Source: an uncultured Flavobacteriaceae bacterium
GTDB lineage: Bacteria; Bacteroidota; Bacteroidia; Flavobacteriales; Flavobacteriaceae
NCBI GenBank assembly: GCA_947494715.1
Contig: CANLWG010000009.1
Location: 1,405 to 65,404, forward strand
Length of the DNA: 64,000 nucleotides
Reading direction: 5' to 3'
Made by a program: the position numbers and the translations under genes. The notes below the pieces were generated by a model that saw nothing but the letters and a program-made list of their open reading frames with translations, made no database searches and was not told the origin of the DNA. Below are positions 10,154 to 19,045 of this stretch, piece after piece (position 1 is the first letter of the stretch; each line of letters begins with the position of its first letter).

Positions 10154-10855
10154 ATGATACGTAAGACCGTTACCGATGCAAGAGAGGCTTTGCAGGGTGT
10201 AGAAGATGGAATGACCTTTATGCTTGGAGGTTTTGGCCTCTGTGGAATCCCGGAGAATGCCATTGCAGAGCTAGTACGCTTGGGGATTACTGACATTACC
10301 TGTATTTCCAATAATGCCGGCGTGGATGATTTTGGTTTGGGGCTACTTCTCCAAAAGCATCAGATAAAAAAAATGATTTCCTCCTATGTGGGAGAGAACG
10401 ATGAGTTTGAAAGACAAATGTTGAGTGGTGAACTGGAGGTAGAGCTTACCCCACAGGGAACCTTGGCGGAGAAATGCAGGGCAGCCCAAGCCGGATTCCC
10501 GGCATTCTATACTCCGGCGGGGTATGGAACCGAAGTGGCACAAGGAAAGGAAACTCGGGAATTTAACGGAAAAATGTACGTGTTGGAAGAAGCTTTTGAA
10601 GCGGATTTTGCTTTTGTAAAAGCTTGGAAAGGTGATGAGGCCGGGAACCTTATATTCAAGGGTACGGCACGTAACTTTAATCCTTGTATGTCCGGGGCGG
10701 CAAACATTACGGTAGCAGAGGTAGAGGAATTGCTTCCTGCGGGCAGCTTAGACCCCAATCAGATTCATGTTCCCGGAATATTTGTGCAACGGATATTTCA
10801 AGGAGAACATTATGAGAAGCGAATTGAACAGCGAACCGTCCTTAAGCGGACTTAA
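10154..10855 (+). CDS. scoA: 3-oxoacid CoA-transferase subunit A
   Basis: [24 protein letters not shown]. Confidence 0.95.
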   Translation: MIRKTVTDAREALQGVEDGMTFMLGGFGLCGIPENAIAELVRLGITDITCISNNAGVDDFGLGLLLQKHQIKKMISSYVGENDEFERQMLSGELEVELTPQGTLAEKCRAAQAGFPAFYTPAGYGTEVAQGKETREFNGKMYVLEEAFEADFAFVKAWKGDEAGNLIFKGTARNFNPCMSGAANITVAEVEELLPAGSLDPNQIHVPGIFVQRIFQGEHYEKRIEQRTVLKRT

Positions 10856-10899
10856 TTTGAAGGTTGATCGATTTGAAAATTTGATGACATGAGAAATGA
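10853..10899 (+). repeat. Left array of degenerate ~8-nt repeats (ATTTGAAR-type) before four-helix-bundle gene
   Basis: atttgaag gttgatcg atttgaaa atttgatg; TGA recurs every 7-9 nt. Confidence 0.6.
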
Positions 10900-11254
10900 C
10901 AAAGACAACTTAGTTGTAAGGAAAACATTTGATTTTGCCTTGGATATTATTGATTACACAGAACAATTGAGATCTCTTCATAAATTTGAAATGTCTTCTC
11001 AACTTTTCAAAAGTGGAACATCTATTGGAGCCAACACATGGGAGGCCCAAAATGCTGAAAGTACTGCTGATTTTATCCATAAATTCAAGATTGCAGCTAA
11101 GGAGGCGGATGAAACTAAGTTTTGGGTTGAACTCTGTAAGGCTTCAAAACATTATCCTGATCCCCAGGAGACATTATTTTCTGACCTAAAATCGATAATC
11201 CGGATTATTTCCAAAATTATTGGTTCCAGTAAACATGGCCAATTTTCAAATTAG
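10889..11254 (+). CDS. Four helix bundle protein (TIGR02436/IVP-like family)
   Basis: QLFKSGTSIGANTWEAQNAESTADFIHKFKIAAKEADETKFW. Confidence 0.93.
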   Translation: MRNDKDNLVVRKTFDFALDIIDYTEQLRSLHKFEMSSQLFKSGTSIGANTWEAQNAESTADFIHKFKIAAKEADETKFWVELCKASKHYPDPQETLFSDLKSIIRIISKIIGSSKHGQFSN

Positions 11255-11277
11255 CTCACTTTCAGATTCTCAAATCA
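11241..11277 (+). repeat. Right array of degenerate ~8-nt repeats, inverted relative to left array
   Basis: aattttca aattagct cactttca gattctca; 11241-11251 is the exact reverse complement of 10871-10881. Confidence 0.6.
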
Positions 11278-11282
11278 ATACT

Positions 11283-11936
11283 ATGTTAGATAAGAACGGA
11301 ATAGCGAAACGAATAGCACAAGAAGTCAAGGATGGTTACTATGTGAACTTGGGCATTGGCATTCCGACTTTGGTAGCCAATTTTGTACGCAATGATATCA
11401 ATGTTGAATTCCAAAGTGAAAACGGCGTATTGGGGATGGGCCCTTTTCCCTATGAGGGCGAAGAAGATGCGGATATCATCAACGCCGGGAAACAGACCAT
11501 TACCACTCTGCCCGGAGCGTCTTTTTTTGATTCGGCCACCAGCTTTGGGATGATTCGTGGACAACATGTGGACCTTACTATTTTGGGTGCGATGGAAGTG
11601 GCAGAGAACGGTGATATCGCCAATTGGAAGATTCCTGGAAAAATGGTGAAAGGAATGGGTGGTGCCATGGATTTAGTAGCAAGTGCGGAAAACATCATCG
11701 TGGCAATGATGCACACCAATAAGGTAGGCAAATCCAAGCTTTTAAAACGCTGTACCCTTCCGCTTACCGGAGTGGGCTGCGTCACTAAGATAGTAACCAA
11801 CCTGGCGGTATTGGAAGTTACTTCAAAAGGATTTATGTTGCTGGAACGAGCCCCGGGAGTGAATGTGGATGATATAAAAATGGCTACCGAAGGTACTCTG
11901 GTCGTTGAAGGAAATATTCCGGAAATGGCGCTTTAA
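11283..11936 (+). CDS. scoB: 3-oxoacid CoA-transferase subunit B (start at ATG 11283)
   Basis: YVNLGIGIPT, FQSENG catalytic Glu, KGMGGAMDL. Confidence 0.95.
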   Translation: MLDKNGIAKRIAQEVKDGYYVNLGIGIPTLVANFVRNDINVEFQSENGVLGMGPFPYEGEEDADIINAGKQTITTLPGASFFDSATSFGMIRGQHVDLTILGAMEVAENGDIANWKIPGKMVKGMGGAMDLVASAENIIVAMMHTNKVGKSKLLKRCTLPLTGVGCVTKIVTNLAVLEVTSKGFMLLERAPGVNVDDIKMATEGTLVVEGNIPEMAL

Positions 11937-12067
11937 AAATTAAGCATAAGTACAAATACCAAGTTCAAGAAAAGGGCATGCTCTTTCAAAAATACCCGCT
12001 TGCCGACTCTGGATTTTCATTCTCATTTCCAATGCTCTTATAATGGCAATACAGCTCAAAGAAGCAT

Positions 12068-12163
12068 TTCATCGAAGAAAATGACCGTTCATCCTTTTCA
12101 CAACATTTTGTGAAGACTTCACAACAATAGTTTCCATTTAGCACAGCACTAAAGTACCTTTAC
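12068..12163 (+). promoter_or_regulatory. Three-box activator-type promoter
   Basis: TTCATCGA 12068-75; TTCACAAC 12097-104 and 12118-125 (21-bp period); TACCTTTAC 12155-163; same layout recurs three times at 55-61 kb. Confidence 0.7.
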
Positions 12164-12225
12164 AGAACAAATCAATTCAAAAGTTTCAGACCCCAAATCT
12201 GACTTTTTTCAAAACCCACAAATCT

Positions 12226-12333
12226 ATGGAAGCCCAAATGAACCATGCTCCGACCAAAGAAGAAATTCAAGTGTACAAAAACGATTTTTTTAGCGGTATT
12301 GTCATGTTGACCAAGAAACTATTTATGCTATAG
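12226..12333 (+). CDS. Small protein, 35 aa (MEAQMNHAPTKEEIQVYKNDFFSGIVMLTKKLFML), absent from ORF track
   Basis: ATG in A/C-rich context; own promoter upstream and terminator downstream. Confidence 0.55.
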   Translation: MEAQMNHAPTKEEIQVYKNDFFSGIVMLTKKLFML

Positions 12334-12354
12334 CATTTTGGTAAAAATTCTAAA

Positions 12355-12394
12355 AAAAGGAGCGGTATAACCTACACTGCTCCTTTTCTTTTTT
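12355..12394 (+). terminator. Rho-independent terminator
   Basis: aaaaggagcggt / actgctcctttt stem followed by T-tract. Confidence 0.75.
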
Positions 12395-12421
12395 CTAATT
12401 TTGGGTATGGGCCCAAACCAA

Positions 12422-12955
12422 ATGCATTTACTTCTTCAAAAATGCAACCAAAATGATTTGGATGAACTTGTTGAACTGTCCATAAGAACATTCAAGGATG
12501 CCTTTGAAGCGGATAACGACCCAGAAGACTTTAAAGACTACCTTCGTACTGCATTTCATAGGGATACCTTGTTGGCCGAGCTGCAGGATAAGGATGTAAG
12601 TTTCTACTTTGTTAAGGTTGATACCGAGACGGCGGGTTATTTTAAGCTGAATGAAGATTTGGCCCAGACCGAAGTAAAGTCGGGCAATAGCATCGAATTG
12701 GAACGCATCTATGTTCTAAATACCTTCCAAGGCTCAGGAATAGGCTCATGGATGCTTGACGAAATAAAGCAAATCGCTTTCGAAAAAGGAAAACAATTTC
12801 TTTGGTTGGGGGTATGGGAGAAGAATCGTAAGGCCATTAGGTTTTACCAGAGGCTGGGATTTACAAAATTCGGGATCCATCCCTATTTCATTGGAAAGGA
12901 CGAACAGACCGATTGGCTAATGCGGTTTGATTTGATTAATTTGGATCCTGAATAA
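12422..12955 (+). CDS. GNAT family N-acetyltransferase (PaiA-like)
   Basis: IELERIYV, FQGSGIG, WLGVWEKNRKAIRFYQRLGF; start likely ATG 12422. Confidence 0.92.
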   Translation: MHLLLQKCNQNDLDELVELSIRTFKDAFEADNDPEDFKDYLRTAFHRDTLLAELQDKDVSFYFVKVDTETAGYFKLNEDLAQTEVKSGNSIELERIYVLNTFQGSGIGSWMLDEIKQIAFEKGKQFLWLGVWEKNRKAIRFYQRLGFTKFGIHPYFIGKDEQTDWLMRFDLINLDPE

Positions 12956-12966
12956 ATTCTTTTGAA

Positions 12967-14121
12967 ATGAAGTATCCCATCTTGATTCTTTTTTATCTTT
13001 TTTCCTTTGGAACCCTTTTCGCCCAGAAAGACTATTATTTTCCTGAAAGAAACGAGGTATGGGAGATCAAGGCCCCAAACACTTTTGAAATCGATGAAAA
13101 GAAACTTCAAGAAGTAGTTGATTTTGCCTGGGAGAATGAATATTCGGGCTCAAGGGATCTCCGTATTGCCATTCTTAAAGGTTTTGAACGAGAACCTTTT
13201 CATGAAATTTTAGGCCCCACCAAAAAACGAGGTGGCCCTGCCGGAATGATTTTGAAAAATGGTTATATCATAGCCCATTGGGGGGACACAAAAAGGGTAG
13301 ACATGACCTTTAGCGTTACCAAGAGCTTTTTGAGTACGGTAGCGGGACTTGCGGAGGACCGCGGACTGATTGCCCAAACCAATGATAAGGTAGCGAACTA
13401 TATCTGGGATGGCACTTTTGATGGGGAACACAACGGAAAAATTACCTGGGAGCATTTGTTGCAACAGAACTCCGATTGGTCTGGCGAACTTTGGGGAGGA
13501 AAGGACTGGGCCGATCGCCCGCCTCGGGAAGGGGATTTGGATGATTGGAAATTCCGAAAGCTCAATGAACCGGGAACCGTAATGGAATACAATGATGTAC
13601 GCGTTAATGTGTTGGCCTATGCATTGACCCATGTATGGCGAAAACCCTTGCCTATGGTACTTAAGGAGAATATAATGGATAAAATAGGTGCTTCTACGAC
13701 CTGGAGATGGCATGGGTATGAGCATGCATGGACGGAAATCGATGGCGTTCGGATGAAATCGGTTACGGGGGGCGGACACTCGGGGGCAGGAATGTTTATT
13801 AGCACGGAGGATATGGCCCGGTTTGGTTTGTTGTTCCTCAATCAAGGAAAATGGGAGGATCAACAACTTATTAGCGAAGATTGGATAAAAAAGGCCATTT
13901 TACCTTCTAAACCCAATGTAAATTATGGTTATATGTGGTGGTTGAACAAAAAAGGCGATCGGCATTGGGAGGGGCTTTCCGAAGACATTTATTACGCAGC
14001 TGGCTTTGGAGGCAACTACATTGTTATTGACCGTGAGAACGATTTGGTGGTGGTAATGCGTTGGTTGGAGCCCAGTAAAATAGGAGAGTTTATGACTATG
14101 CTTAGCGCAGCCTTGAAATAG
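12967..14121 (+). CDS. Serine hydrolase, beta-lactamase/esterase family, secreted
   Basis: SVTK (SxxK), YND, AAGFGGN; signal peptide. Confidence 0.9.
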   Translation: MKYPILILFYLFSFGTLFAQKDYYFPERNEVWEIKAPNTFEIDEKKLQEVVDFAWENEYSGSRDLRIAILKGFEREPFHEILGPTKKRGGPAGMILKNGYIIAHWGDTKRVDMTFSVTKSFLSTVAGLAEDRGLIAQTNDKVANYIWDGTFDGEHNGKITWEHLLQQNSDWSGELWGGKDWADRPPREGDLDDWKFRKLNEPGTVMEYNDVRVNVLAYALTHVWRKPLPMVLKENIMDKIGASTTWRWHGYEHAWTEIDGVRMKSVTGGGHSGAGMFISTEDMARFGLLFLNQGKWEDQQLISEDWIKKAILPSKPNVNYGYMWWLNKKGDRHWEGLSEDIYYAAGFGGNYIVIDRENDLVVVMRWLEPSKIGEFMTMLSAALK

Positions 14122-14124
14122 ACC

Positions 14125-15285
14125 TTATTGAACGCGCCTTAGAATTTCGGTGGCCTTTTCTAAAGTATCTTCAGTTTTGGCAAAACAAAATCGCAACACT
14201 TTATCATCTCGGTTATTCAAATTGAAGGAGGATATTGCAATACTTGCCAATTTATAATCTATTATTAACCGTTGTGCTAGAATTTCGTCCGGTTCATTGG
14301 TTATTCCCGTATAATCCAGCAATTGAAAATAAGTGCCTTGGGAAGGTGTAAACTTAAATTTGGAATCGGAAAGCCTACTTAGGAAATAGTCCCTTTTTTG
14401 TTGATAAAAGTCCTTCAACTCTAAATAATGCCCTTCATTTTTCAAGTATTCCGCCATAGCTCGCTGCACGGGATGATCCACACAGAAAACGGCGAACTGG
14501 TGCGTCTTTCGGAATTCATGCATCAGTTCGGCTGGTGCGGCACAATAGCCCATTTTCCATCCGGTTACATGAAAAGTCTTCCCAAAAGAGGCGCAGACAA
14601 AACTACGAGAGGCCAAATCATCCAAGCGCGAAGCACTTTCATGTTCCTTTCCATCAAAAACAATATGCTCGTATACCTCATCACTGACTAAAATAATATT
14701 AGTATCCCGTAGACTTTCCTGGAGCTGCAACATATCGGTTTTGGAGAAAATACGTCCGCTGGGATTATGTGGGGTGTTGATGACCACCATCCTGGTCTTG
14801 GAGGTAATTTTAGTTCGGAATTCTTCCCAATCCACTTGATAATCCTTCTCCCTCAACTGGATAAGAACCGGGATGCCGCCGTTTACTTCAATGGCCGGCT
14901 CGTAACAATCATAGGCTGGCTTCAGTACAATGACCTCGTCACCAGGGTGGACAAATGCCGTGATTGCCGTAAAAATTGCCTGAGTGGCCCCGACGGTTAC
15001 CGTAATTTCTTTTTCGGGATCATAACTTCGGCCATGAAGTTTTTCTATTTTCTCCGATATGATTTCCCGAAGTCCATAATACCCCTGCATAGCCGCATAT
15101 TGGTTATGACCGTGTAGCATGGCATCGGATACCAAACCCATTAACTTTCTATCGGCTTCAAAATTGGGAAATCCCTGGGAAAGGTCAATGGCCTTATGTT
15201 TTCTGGCCAGATTGCCTACGGTAGTGAAAATGGTAGTCTTTGCATGGGGGAGTTTGGAGGGGATATTAGTCTTAAAAATTGCCAT
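14125..15285 (-). CDS. PLP-dependent class I aminotransferase (YbdL/methionine aminotransferase-like)
   Basis: DLSQGFPNF, NTPHNPSG, SDEVYEH, SFGKTFHVTGWKMGY; start likely ATG 15285. Confidence 0.93.
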   Translation of the reverse strand: MAIFKTNIPSKLPHAKTTIFTTVGNLARKHKAIDLSQGFPNFEADRKLMGLVSDAMLHGHNQYAAMQGYYGLREIISEKIEKLHGRSYDPEKEITVTVGATQAIFTAITAFVHPGDEVIVLKPAYDCYEPAIEVNGGIPVLIQLREKDYQVDWEEFRTKITSKTRMVVINTPHNPSGRIFSKTDMLQLQESLRDTNIILVSDEVYEHIVFDGKEHESASRLDDLASRSFVCASFGKTFHVTGWKMGYCAAPAELMHEFRKTHQFAVFCVDHPVQRAMAEYLKNEGHYLELKDFYQQKRDYFLSRLSDSKFKFTPSQGTYFQLLDYTGITNEPDEILAQRLIIDYKLASIAISSFNLNNRDDKVLRFCFAKTEDTLEKATEILRRVQ

Positions 15286-15348
15286 GGACACGAGTATTGC
15301 CTTAAAAATAGGCAATTTAGTACTTACTACTTCTGTGAAAAGAGATCT

Positions 15349-15630
15349 TTACTTTGAAGTTTGTAAAAATTTATGCAGGTAGTGCTTGTCTCCCTCTGCC
15401 AAAAGCTGTCTTGCCAAAGAATTGTCAAAGGCGATCCGTAGAAGCTCTTCAATTGCCCTGGAATTTGATTTTGTAAGACTGTTGGTTCTATAAATTACGT
15501 CTCTAATGGTTGAAAAACTTACACCGGTAGCTGTAGCCACATTGGCAAAATCGTCTTTGGTAGTGTTTCTTCTTAATGTCAGTGATAATTTCTCATTAAT
15601 CGGTTTTCCGTAATCCTGGTCCGTAAACAT
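15349..15630 (-). CDS. Small HTH protein, Cro-like
   Basis: ANVATATGVSFSTIRDVI helix-turn-helix pattern; divergent from S24 repressor. Confidence 0.65.
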   Translation of the reverse strand: MFTDQDYGKPINEKLSLTLRRNTTKDDFANVATATGVSFSTIRDVIYRTNSLTKSNSRAIEELLRIAFDNSLARQLLAEGDKHYLHKFLQTSK

Positions 15631-15755
15631 GGGTTGCACTGTATTAGGGGGTTAATTAAACTTATTGTATTGCGATACGTTGATTCTTTTCCAATTATAT
15701 TCCAAAGTCATAGCCTAAGCATTGTATAGTCCTGTTACGTATTTTGCTATATTTG

Positions 15756-15822
15756 TTTGTAAACGATATACAAATAATGCAACATAATTGCGTTTTTCGA
15801 CAAAATATGTAGGATTATTACA
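15756..15822. promoter_or_regulatory. Three operator-like palindromes TGYA-N7-TRCR
   Basis: TTTGTA-aacgata-TACAAA 15756-74; TGCA-acataat-TGCG 15778-92; TGTA-ggattat-TACA 15808-22; TATATTTG -7 element at 15748-55. Confidence 0.6.
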
Positions 15823-15837
15823 CAATAATACGAACTT

Positions 15838-16554
15838 ATGTTTATATTGAAGCAATTAAGGCGTAAAAAAAATATAAATCAGACCGATTTGGCCAAGGCC
15901 ATAGGGGTGAGTTTGCGTACTATTCAGATATATGAGAAAAAAGATGCCAATATTCCCAGAAAAAATCTTACAAAAATTGCGCAATATTTTGATGTCAGTA
16001 TTGCCGAACTTTATTCCCATGAGAGCGTAAATGAAACAGGGGCGGCATATGATACCACTTCAAAACTTGAAAAAGGTCATACTATTATTAAATTGGCCCC
16101 AGGCAAATATTTAGTTTCCGTTCCTCTAGTAATGACCGAGCAATATGGTATATTTTCAAAGCAATATGCCAAAAAAGGTTTTGTACACGCGTTACCAAGA
16201 ATTAGCTTTGTCGTTGACCGCGTATCCGTGTCACATTATATGGCCTTTGAAGTTTCCAATAACTCTATGGATAATGGCTCTTTGAAAAGTATCCCGTTTA
16301 AATCCATAGTTTTAGGTAAGTTGATACTATTGGACAAACTACAGGGTCATATACAAAGCAATCCCGATTGTGCCTCGATACTGGTTTACAAGGGAAATGT
16401 AATGTGCAAAGTGATTGGGGATTATGATAAAAGAAATAAAACCGTAATATGTAAAAGCCTGAACGACTCACCAGAATATTCCAATTTTAGGGTAAAAATT
16501 GAGGAGATCGAACAGTTCTATACCATCTTAGGGAAACAAATTACTCATGTGTAA
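15838..16554 (+). CDS. XRE-family HTH + peptidase S24-like domain (CI/LexA-like repressor)
   Basis: N-term NQTDLAKAIGVSLRTIQIYEK; FEVSNNSMD (Ser), MCKVI (Lys), KSLNDSPEY. Confidence 0.8.
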   Translation: MFILKQLRRKKNINQTDLAKAIGVSLRTIQIYEKKDANIPRKNLTKIAQYFDVSIAELYSHESVNETGAAYDTTSKLEKGHTIIKLAPGKYLVSVPLVMTEQYGIFSKQYAKKGFVHALPRISFVVDRVSVSHYMAFEVSNNSMDNGSLKSIPFKSIVLGKLILLDKLQGHIQSNPDCASILVYKGNVMCKVIGDYDKRNKTVICKSLNDSPEYSNFRVKIEEIEQFYTILGKQITHV

Positions 16555-16624
16555 AAGGAGATCGACCAAGTTTTTAATTTTTTATTGATATGGACTTTAT
16601 ATCTTCCATGAAAAGAGGGAAGGG

Positions 16625-17107
16625 CTAATCAGAAACCTTTTCAATCAACTTTAAATGGGAAATGACTTGGTGCAGGCAAACATCCAGCTCTTTTTTTATT
16701 TTGCTCTCCCAAAAACGAAAAACAGTATACCCAGATTTTTTTAGTTCAAGATTTACCTCTTTATCCCGTTGCATATTACGTTCTATCTTGGCAATCCAGA
16801 ATTCACGGTTGGTCTTGATCTTTGGTTTCCGTTCTTCCCAATTATGGCCGTGCCAATATTCGCCATCAATAAAAACTACCGTTTTATATTTTTTCAGGGC
16901 AATGTCAGGTTTGCCAATCAATTTCTTGTAGTCTATGCGATAGCGATATCCTGCTGCCCACAGTGCCTTTCGGAAGGCCAGCTCCGGTTTGGTATTCTTG
17001 CCCCGGATTTTGCCCATGATCTTGGAACGTTCCGGGGTAGTATAGAACCCTGATTCCTCATTGAATCGAGGCACCTTAATACGTTCTTCGGGGTAGTTTT
17101 TCGGCAT
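16625..17107 (-). CDS. vsr: Very short patch repair endonuclease
   Basis: RSKIMGKIRGKNTKPE, GKPDI, VFIDGEYWHGH, FWIAKIERNMQRD. Confidence 0.95.
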   Translation of the reverse strand: MPKNYPEERIKVPRFNEESGFYTTPERSKIMGKIRGKNTKPELAFRKALWAAGYRYRIDYKKLIGKPDIALKKYKTVVFIDGEYWHGHNWEERKPKIKTNREFWIAKIERNMQRDKEVNLELKKSGYTVFRFWESKIKKELDVCLHQVISHLKLIEKVSD

Positions 17108-17235
17108 GGTTTAAAGGTACCAAAAGTGTTTTGGAAAGGAAAGAATCCGTAAAATTTAACGAATCTTGCTACATTTAAAACTGCTCGATTTTCTCTGGTA
17201 GAAACCCTTATTTTTAGAAGATAATTTATTGGGGT

Positions 17236-18162
17236 ATGGAAAAAAGGAATCAACAACAGCTACTATATATCCATAGGATCAACAAGGTTGTAGAGTATAT
17301 TGAAAACAACCTGGATGCAGATTTATCCTTAGAAGAACTCTCTAAAATTGCCTGTTTCTCACCTTTTCATTTCCATCGCATTTTCACGGCCCTATTAGGT
17401 GAGACTCCAAATGGTTACATCACCCGTAGACGCATTGAAAAGATTGCCGGGCGATTGTTCTATCCCGGGAAAAACGAATCATTGACCCAATTGGCCCACC
17501 AATATGGCTTTAAAAGCATATACTCCTTCTCAAGGGCCTTTCGTAAATTCTATGGAATGAGTGCCACCGAGTTTCAAAAAAAGGGACAAAACGAGTTTAG
17601 CAAGATAGGCAAAATTGAAAGCAGGAAAGGAGAAAACAAAGTGTCTTTCCAGAAATACTTTTACAGCATGGATAATCTTAAAAACTGGTTACAAATGAAA
17701 ACAAAAGTAGAAGTAAAGGAAATGCCCGAATCGAAATTAGTTCACCTAAGACATCAAGGAGCATATTCCGAAATTGGAAAAGCTTATGAAAGATTAATGG
17801 AATGGGCCGGCCCCAGGGGCCTTCTAAATTTTCCACAAACCAAAATGGTGGGAATCTATTATGATAGTCCCAGGGTGACGGACGAATCAAAAATGCAGTC
17901 CAGTGCCTGTTTGACCGTTGATACCGATGTGGAAACAAATGGCGAAATAGGAAAACTTACCGTCCCCAAGGGAAGGTTTGCAGTAGGTAGTTTTCAAATT
18001 AAGGTGGAAGAGTTCGAAAAGGCGTGGAATAGCATGACGTTATGGATTCCAGAAAACAACTTTGAACTTCGGGAAGGCCATTACCATGAAATTTATCATA
18101 ATAATGGCAAGCAACATCCTGAGGGATTGTTCTTCGTGGATATCTGTATCCCAGTTCAGTAA
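17236..18162 (+). CDS. AraC family regulator with GyrI-like ligand-binding domain
   Basis: FSPFHFHRIF, FSRAFRKFYG N-term HTHs; C-term HQGAYSEIGKAYERL, EIYHN. Confidence 0.92.
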   Translation: MEKRNQQQLLYIHRINKVVEYIENNLDADLSLEELSKIACFSPFHFHRIFTALLGETPNGYITRRRIEKIAGRLFYPGKNESLTQLAHQYGFKSIYSFSRAFRKFYGMSATEFQKKGQNEFSKIGKIESRKGENKVSFQKYFYSMDNLKNWLQMKTKVEVKEMPESKLVHLRHQGAYSEIGKAYERLMEWAGPRGLLNFPQTKMVGIYYDSPRVTDESKMQSSACLTVDTDVETNGEIGKLTVPKGRFAVGSFQIKVEEFEKAWNSMTLWIPENNFELREGHYHEIYHNNGKQHPEGLFFVDICIPVQ

Positions 18163-18167
18163 AAGAA

Positions 18168-18207
18168 AAATCCCGAACTCTATTCCAGGGTCCGGGATTT
18201 GTTTTTT
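18168..18207. terminator. Bidirectional terminator between AraC gene and sdhB
   Basis: aaatcccg...cgggattt stem with A-tract before and T-tract after. Confidence 0.7.
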
Positions 18208-18224
18208 GAAATTTATCGAAGCTT

Positions 18225-18971
18225 TTATCCTTCTACGGCCGCACTTAAATATTCCCGGTTCATACGAGCAATATTTTCCAAGGAAATTCCTTTGGGGCAC
18301 TCTACTTCACAGGCACCTGTATTGGTACAGTTGCCAAAGCCCTCAAGGTCCATTTGGCGTACCATGTTCTGTACACGTTCAGTGGCTTCCACCCTACCTT
18401 GTGGTAATAGGGCAAATTGGGAAACCTTGGCGGAAGTAAACAGCATTGCACTTGCGTTTTTACAAGCAGCAACACAGGCACCACAGCCAATACAGGTAGC
18501 CGCATCCATGGCCTTGTCGGCAACATGCTTTTTAATGGGAATGGCATTGGCATCTACCGGGTTACCCGATGTGTTTACTGAAATGTAACCCCCGGCCTGT
18601 TGAATACGGTCAAAAGCGGTACGATCAACGATCAAGTCTTTGATTACAGGAAAAGCCTTGGCCCTAAACGGTTCTATTACAATGGTGTCCCCATCATTAA
18701 AACTTCGCATGTGCAGTTGACAAACGGTGATTAGTCTGTCGGGACCATGGGGTTGTCCATTGATCATTAGCGAACAGGTTCCGCAGATACCCTCCCTACA
18801 GTCATGATCGAACTCCACGGGTTCTTCTCCTTTTGCCACCAAATCCTCATTAAGGACATCCAGCATTTCTAGAAAGGACATATCCGATTCTACATTGTTC
18901 AAGGTATAATCAACGATTTTTCCTTTGGAATCCACATCTTTCTGACGCCATATTTTTAAATATATCTTCAT
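18225..18971 (-). CDS. sdhB: Succinate dehydrogenase/fumarate reductase iron-sulfur subunit
   Basis: [33 protein letters not shown]. Confidence 0.97.
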   Translation of the reverse strand: MKIYLKIWRQKDVDSKGKIVDYTLNNVESDMSFLEMLDVLNEDLVAKGEEPVEFDHDCREGICGTCSLMINGQPHGPDRLITVCQLHMRSFNDGDTIVIEPFRAKAFPVIKDLIVDRTAFDRIQQAGGYISVNTSGNPVDANAIPIKKHVADKAMDAATCIGCGACVAACKNASAMLFTSAKVSQFALLPQGRVEATERVQNMVRQMDLEGFGNCTNTGACEVECPKGISLENIARMNREYLSAAVEG

Positions 18972-19045
18972 AACTACTTAGTTATTCGTCTTGTATCGCT
19001 TGTTGTTAGCAAAGATTTGGTGCACCTTTAACCAACAATCATCGA

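Noticed and set aside
18972-19045. sdhA-sdhB spacer with weak inverted similarity, a possible empty four-helix site
   Set aside because: No consistent 7- or 8-nt period
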